Of a stretch of DNA of 11,484 bases, positions 7,666 through 11,484 are shown in pieces; positions within the stretch are counted from its first letter, which is position 1, and each line of letters begins with the position of its first letter. The notes beneath the pieces were generated by a model. That model worked only from the letters and a program-made list of their open reading frames with translations, did no database searches and was not told where the DNA came from. The DNA comes from an uncultured Methanosarcinales archaeon (GTDB taxonomy: Archaea > Nanobdellota > Nanobdellia > Woesearchaeales > CAZYIM01): assembly GCA_964647565.1 (NCBI GenBank), contig CAZYIM010000056.1, positions 1-11,484 on the forward strand. Direction: 5' to 3'. The translations under genes and the position numbers were made by a program.

Positions 7666-8450
7666 CAATAATATCCCAAAAAGCCTATCAAGACGGATTT
7701 AATAAGGTTAGTCCGGATCCCAATATAATAGTCCATGAACCCAGCTCCGGCAAGAAGAAGAAAATCAAGAAGTCCAGAATTATATATGGAGAGATCATGG
7801 ATAAATACAAGAGGGTATTGACTGGCACTGGCCAGGGATTCCTCAATCCTTATCTTGAAAAGGATTTGATCTATGATTTGGTCCGTGAGATTCCGAAAAC
7901 AGGCAATGTCTTGGAAAAAGGATCGATTGAAGAGAGCCCTTTTTATGCAGCCCTGGCAAAAAGAAGACAGCTGGCTTCTCTGTGTGAAGTCTGTGAGAAT
8001 ATGTTTTTGGGGGCCAGCTATAAAAAAACAGAGACCAATGAGGCCCTTGAGTACTGTTTTACCGATGTGCCTAGATTCCCCCAGGTCAGGATTGCAAGAT
8101 TGAATCTTTTCAAGATTGCTGACTTCCAGGAAACATGGCCTGCTCTTGCAGAGACTGATTTTGTGTCCCAGTGGCAGGTCCTTAAGTTCTCCCAGGATAA
8201 TTTCACACTTAATATCCTGTTAAAGGGTAAAATGAGAGAAGGCCTGCTAATCCCCCTGGCAAGGTATGACACTCGAATACCTAGTGAGACCAAAAGCGAA
8301 TATAGTCATGTCTTCAACTACAGGTTCTATCCAGGATCAGAACACAAACCGCCCAGGATGATCCTAAGATATCATGATGTCTGTAGTTCGAGAGGCTCGC
8401 TTGAGGCAGGCATACAAAGAGCAATAATCAAGTATGGGGGTGGCAAATGA
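7662..8450 (+). CDS. Array paralog 11, with N-terminal extension (262 aa)
   Basis: ATGA overlap; motifs IIVHEPSSGKKKKI, LNPY, VPRFPQVRIAR, GLLIPLARYDTRIP, AIIKYGGGK. Confidence 0.92.
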   Translation: MTIISQKAYQDGFNKVSPDPNIIVHEPSSGKKKKIKKSRIIYGEIMDKYKRVLTGTGQGFLNPYLEKDLIYDLVREIPKTGNVLEKGSIEESPFYAALAKRRQLASLCEVCENMFLGASYKKTETNEALEYCFTDVPRFPQVRIARLNLFKIADFQETWPALAETDFVSQWQVLKFSQDNFTLNILLKGKMREGLLIPLARYDTRIPSETKSEYSHVFNYRFYPGSEHKPPRMILRYHDVCSSRGSLEAGIQRAIIKYGGGK

Positions 8451-9211
8451 ATCTGATTGAAGCTGGCCCTGGAAGGAGAAAACGCTGGAAGACGATAAAT
8501 AAGGTGAATTTGAATGGCAAGGAGGTTGCTGTTGCAGATTATAATGGCAACATGATCTGGTATAATGTCTTTAGTGATGAGACCTTCCGTATTCATGATA
8601 ATCTTATAAAGGGATTCAAGAAAAACCTGGAAAAAGATAAACAGTGGCTTTTAGCAGATGACCAGATACAGATGAATTCTACTGTCCTAGCTTGTGCCAA
8701 GAAAGAACCCAACAGCATTCTTCGATTAGATGCGCTTGCTAATGATGTTTTCAAAGACAGCGTCTATGTGGTACAGAGAGATACAATCGATGATGTTTAT
8801 TGTTTTTTTAATGTGCCTGATATGCCGCATGTTGATATGGCTCGTTTAAAAATTCCTTCAAATACAAAACCTGAATATGATTTTAAAGAAACATTCTTAG
8901 ATAAAGAAATTACTTATCGAGCAACGCGACAATCGTATTACCTGGAAATATTCTTCAAAAGGAAGCTAAAAAAACCACGTGAAATTCTTTTCATACCCCT
9001 GGACAGCTGTCATGAACTAGTTCCTGCAGAGCTGCAAAATAATGAATTCTGCATATTCTATAAGAGATATGATAAAGCTAAGGGGCTGGTTCCTGAGGAG
9101 TATCCCCACCCTACGATCTTCATTTCAATTGTAGGCTCATCGCACTTTCCAGAGAAAATGGGTCAACTGCTCAAGGATGTCATTGAGAAATATAATGGAG
9201 GCAGAACATGA
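8447..9211 (+). CDS. Array paralog 12, hypothetical protein (254 aa)
   Basis: ATGA overlap; motifs LIEAGPGRRKRWK, VPDMPHVDM, EIFFKR, LFIPL, NEFCIF, IEKYNGGRT. Confidence 0.92.
   Translation: MNLIEAGPGRRKRWKTINKVNLNGKEVAVADYNGNMIWYNVFSDETFRIHDNLIKGFKKNLEKDKQWLLADDQIQMNSTVLACAKKEPNSILRLDALANDVFKDSVYVVQRDTIDDVYCFFNVPDMPHVDMARLKIPSNTKPEYDFKETFLDKEITYRATRQSYYLEIFFKRKLKKPREILFIPLDSCHELVPAELQNNEFCIFYKRYDKAKGLVPEEYPHPTIFISIVGSSHFPEKMGQLLKDVIEKYNGGRT
8459..8492 (+). repeat. 34-bp exact direct repeat, second copy at 9220-9253
   Basis: GAAGCTGGCCCTGGAAGGAGAAAACGCTGGAAGA at the 5' ends of genes 12 and 13. Confidence 0.92.
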
Positions 9212-9978
9212 ATATTATCGAAGCTGGCCCTGGAAGGAGAAAACGCTGGAAGAAGATAACTCATGTTAATCTGGGGAATTCTAAAGTTAGTGTCAACTCA
9301 TTTAATGACAGCAGGATTTTCAATGAAGCTCTTGCTTTTGAACTTGTTGAATATCATGACAAGCTCATATCAGGTGGTAAAAATCACATTAGGAGACAAG
9401 GAAAGATTCTTGAACCAGCTAGTCAGATAAATCTGCATCCGACTGTTAAACCTTTGGTTGATCATGAATACCGTACCATATTGCCTTTAGATGAAATAGC
9501 AAAGCAAGTTTTCCAGAATGGCTACTTTGTTGAATCATATCATGTCATAAGTTCAGATTATTCTATCTATAAGATACCTGGGATGAAGCGTGTTGACATG
9601 GTTCATGTCAGCCTTCCATCTCATCGGGAGAAAGAGTATCCTTTTGATAACCTTTTTGGTCCTGAAAACTGTTTGGAGAAAGAGAAGAAAATAAGAGACT
9701 CATTCCACATGGAGATATTCTTCAAAAGAGGGCCAAAAAAATACAGGGAAAGCCTCTACATACCTTTGAGTTACTACCACAATCACATTCCTGTGCCTAT
9801 GAAAGGAAATGAATTCTGCATATTCCACAGGAAATATGAGAAATCATATGCATGCAAGAGTGGGGATGAGTATTACCTATCTGTAGTTCAATTCTCAATT
9901 GTGAATTCAACTCACTATCCAGAAAAGATAGGACCGATGCTAAAGGCTGCAATTAATGATTATAGGAGGGAAAAATGA
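9208..9978 (+). CDS. Array paralog 13, hypothetical protein (256 aa)
   Basis: ATGA overlap; GGAGG at 9197-9201. Sister of gene 12 (IEAGPGRRKRWK, EIFFKR, LYIPL, NEFCIF, SIVxSxH(F/Y)PEK). Confidence 0.92.
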   Translation: MNIIEAGPGRRKRWKKITHVNLGNSKVSVNSFNDSRIFNEALAFELVEYHDKLISGGKNHIRRQGKILEPASQINLHPTVKPLVDHEYRTILPLDEIAKQVFQNGYFVESYHVISSDYSIYKIPGMKRVDMVHVSLPSHREKEYPFDNLFGPENCLEKEKKIRDSFHMEIFFKRGPKKYRESLYIPLSYYHNHIPVPMKGNEFCIFHRKYEKSYACKSGDEYYLSVVQFSIVNSTHYPEKIGPMLKAAINDYRREK

Positions 9979-10718
9979 CTGATAAAGACAATATTATTGA
10001 GAATACTACATCTGGCAGGAAGCCGAGGAGGAAGCTAAAGGATAGAACAAAGGGACAGCCCAATTTTTTTGATATATTCCAAACTACAGGTGAAGGTCAT
10101 CTTAAAGCATTGTTCAATAAAGAGGATATTAGCATGACAAGGAAACGGATTGAGCATGATAATGATGGAACATTTGATTTAGGCATACTTGACGTGCAAT
10201 GGCATAAAGTTTCTTTATTCCATGACGCGATAGTGCCTATCGATACTTTTGCGAATAGTCTAGTATCTCGAGATTATGCTGGCGGCTATGATGTGAAATA
10301 CCTCAAGATTGTGGGGGGTTTAAGATGTGAGTATTATTTTATGGCACCTCAAAAAACGTTTGGCGACGTATTGGTTAAATTGTCTGTGCCAAAAGCAGGT
10401 AAGGATTTTCGCAATTCCAGCAATCTTGCCATAAACAGTTTTATCAAGGATTTAAACGAGAAAAATGGCCAACATAATCTGGCAATGGTGGCTCTGGATC
10501 AAGATAATACGCCACGAAAAGGTCTCTACATCCCTATGCTTAGAACTGATAATAGATTGGATGATAATCTTAAATCTAAATTTGCTAATGTTTTTCTGAT
10601 GAAATATGATGCTAATGCAGAAGGAATTGATTATTTCCACCTAGACTCCTTGAAAAATGAAGAAGAAGCCAAAGCTTTTCTTAAAAATACCTTAAAAGAC
10701 TGGAGATATAAAAAATGA
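9975..10718 (+). CDS. Array paralog 14, 'IIEN/PRRK' subtype (247 aa)
   Basis: ATGA overlap; AGGAGG at 9964-9969; IIENTTSGRKPRRKLK. RKGLYIPMLRTDNRL links it to the main family. Confidence 0.92.
   Translation: MTDKDNIIENTTSGRKPRRKLKDRTKGQPNFFDIFQTTGEGHLKALFNKEDISMTRKRIEHDNDGTFDLGILDVQWHKVSLFHDAIVPIDTFANSLVSRDYAGGYDVKYLKIVGGLRCEYYFMAPQKTFGDVLVKLSVPKAGKDFRNSSNLAINSFIKDLNEKNGQHNLAMVALDQDNTPRKGLYIPMLRTDNRLDDNLKSKFANVFLMKYDANAEGIDYFHLDSLKNEEEAKAFLKNTLKDWRYKK
9990..10024 (+). repeat. 35-bp exact direct repeat, second copy at 10733-10767
   Basis: AATATTATTGAGAATACTACATCTGGCAGGAAGCC at the 5' ends of genes 14 and 15. Confidence 0.92.
10573..10612 (+). repeat. 40-bp near-identical block, second copy at 11307-11346
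   Basis: AATCTAAATTTGCTAATGTTTTTC(T/A)GATGAAATATGATGC, 39/40 identical between genes 14 and 15. Confidence 0.88.
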
Positions 10719-11452
10719 CTGAAGACGATCAAAATATTATTGAGAATACTACATCTGGCAGGAAGCCAAGAAGGAAGCCTAAGGATGTAACCAAGGGCGA
10801 ACCTGATTTTCACGATCTGTTTCAGATTTCAGGGCAGGATCACCTTCAGGTATTGTTCGATAAAGATGATATTAGCATGACTAATCAACGACTTTACAAT
10901 GCTAATGATGGCGAGTTTAAATTAGAAGATCTTGAGGTGCAGTGGAATAAGATTGCATTATTCCATAAAGCAGTAGTTCCTATTGATAGATTTGTATTTC
11001 GCATGGTTGAATATGGGAGTCCTCCTTCCAGGTATCTTAAGATTTTAACTGATCAAAGATTAGAGTATTATCTCAAGCCGCCTTCAGATTATTATAGAGA
11101 TGTGATGGTGAAATTGTCGATGCCACAACATGGTGAGGATTTTCTAAATTCCAGTAACAAATATATCAACGAGTATATCGAAGGATTATCTGGAAAAGCA
11201 GCTCAATTCAATCTAGCTATTGTACCCTTAAATGGCAATACTCCGCAACGTAAAGGTCTTTATATCCCTATGATGAGGACAGATTCAAGACTAGAGCAAG
11301 ATTTCCAATCTAAATTTGCTAATGTTTTTCAGATGAAATATGATGCAAGGGAAGAAGGGATAGATTATTTTCATCTCAAATCCTTGAAGAACGAAATGGA
11401 TGTGATAAGATTTATTCAAAATACGTTGCAAAAATGGAGAAATAAAAAATGA
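10715..11452 (+). CDS. Array paralog 15, 'IIEN/PRRK' subtype (245 aa)
   Basis: ATGA overlap. Close sister of gene 14 along its length (SKFANVFxMKYDAxxEGIDYFHLxSLKNE). Confidence 0.92.
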   Translation: MTEDDQNIIENTTSGRKPRRKPKDVTKGEPDFHDLFQISGQDHLQVLFDKDDISMTNQRLYNANDGEFKLEDLEVQWNKIALFHKAVVPIDRFVFRMVEYGSPPSRYLKILTDQRLEYYLKPPSDYYRDVMVKLSMPQHGEDFLNSSNKYINEYIEGLSGKAAQFNLAIVPLNGNTPQRKGLYIPMMRTDSRLEQDFQSKFANVFQMKYDAREEGIDYFHLKSLKNEMDVIRFIQNTLQKWRNKK

Positions 11453-11484
11453 CTGATAATGATAATAAAGATATTATTGAGAGT
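11449..11484 (+). CDS. Array paralog 16 (3'-truncated)
   Basis: ATGA overlap with the gene 15 stop; reads MTDNDNKDIIES, matching MTDKDNIIEN of genes 14/15. Confidence 0.8.
   Translation, partial: MTDNDNKDIIES

Noticed and set aside
8459..10767. 34-35 bp exact repeats as CRISPR repeats
   Set aside because: Each occurs only twice, ~740-760 bp apart, in frame within coding sequence, and no cas genes are present.
40..10813. Short minus-strand and alternate-frame ORFs (e.g. 3144-3629, 3978-4409, 6416-6811, 7366-7668)
   Set aside because: They lie over well-supported family genes, show no recognisable motifs and are not conserved between units, so they are treated as shadow ORFs.
9975..11452. 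Diversity-generating retroelement TR/VR pair
   Set aside because: No reverse transcriptase is in the window, differences between sister genes involve all four bases rather than only adenines, and there is no non-coding template copy.
2..11484. Integron cassette array
   Set aside because: Genes overlap with no intergenic room for attC palindromes, no integrase is seen, and the units are paralogs rather than unrelated cassettes.
2..11484. Specific gene name, enzyme activity or firm taxonomic assignment
   Set aside because: I recognise no catalytic or family-diagnostic motif, and codon and SD style are only suggestive. A database search is required.

Overview
The whole window is one + strand, operon-like tandem array of at least 16 paralogous genes: 14 complete (237-273 aa) and 2 cut by the window edges, so the array continues on both sides. 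I cannot assign the family to any known protein. Members share an N-terminal (L/I)IEAG(P/S)GK / IIEN..GRKP motif followed by a Lys/Arg run, an xP(F/Y) motif, a P-x-FP-x-IE motif, a GLY(I/V)P(L/M)-x3-D-x-R(I)P motif, a W(H/N)IF motif and a C-terminal AIxxYGGxK. The middle of each protein is highly divergent. 14 of 15 junctions are 4-bp ATGA/GTGA stop-start overlaps, and the C-terminal Gly-Gly codons double as the Shine-Dalgarno site of the next gene. Exact 13-35 bp DNA identities persist at gene ends and motifs between otherwise divergent paralogs, and the variable middles are more AT-rich than the conserved 3' parts. This suggests a diversifying, recombining repertoire locus of unknown function. 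SD use plus frequent AGA/AGG/ATA codons fits a prokaryotic, possibly archaeal, source or one of its mobile elements (inference only). I saw no RNA genes, transposases, recombinases, reverse transcriptase or CRISPR array.
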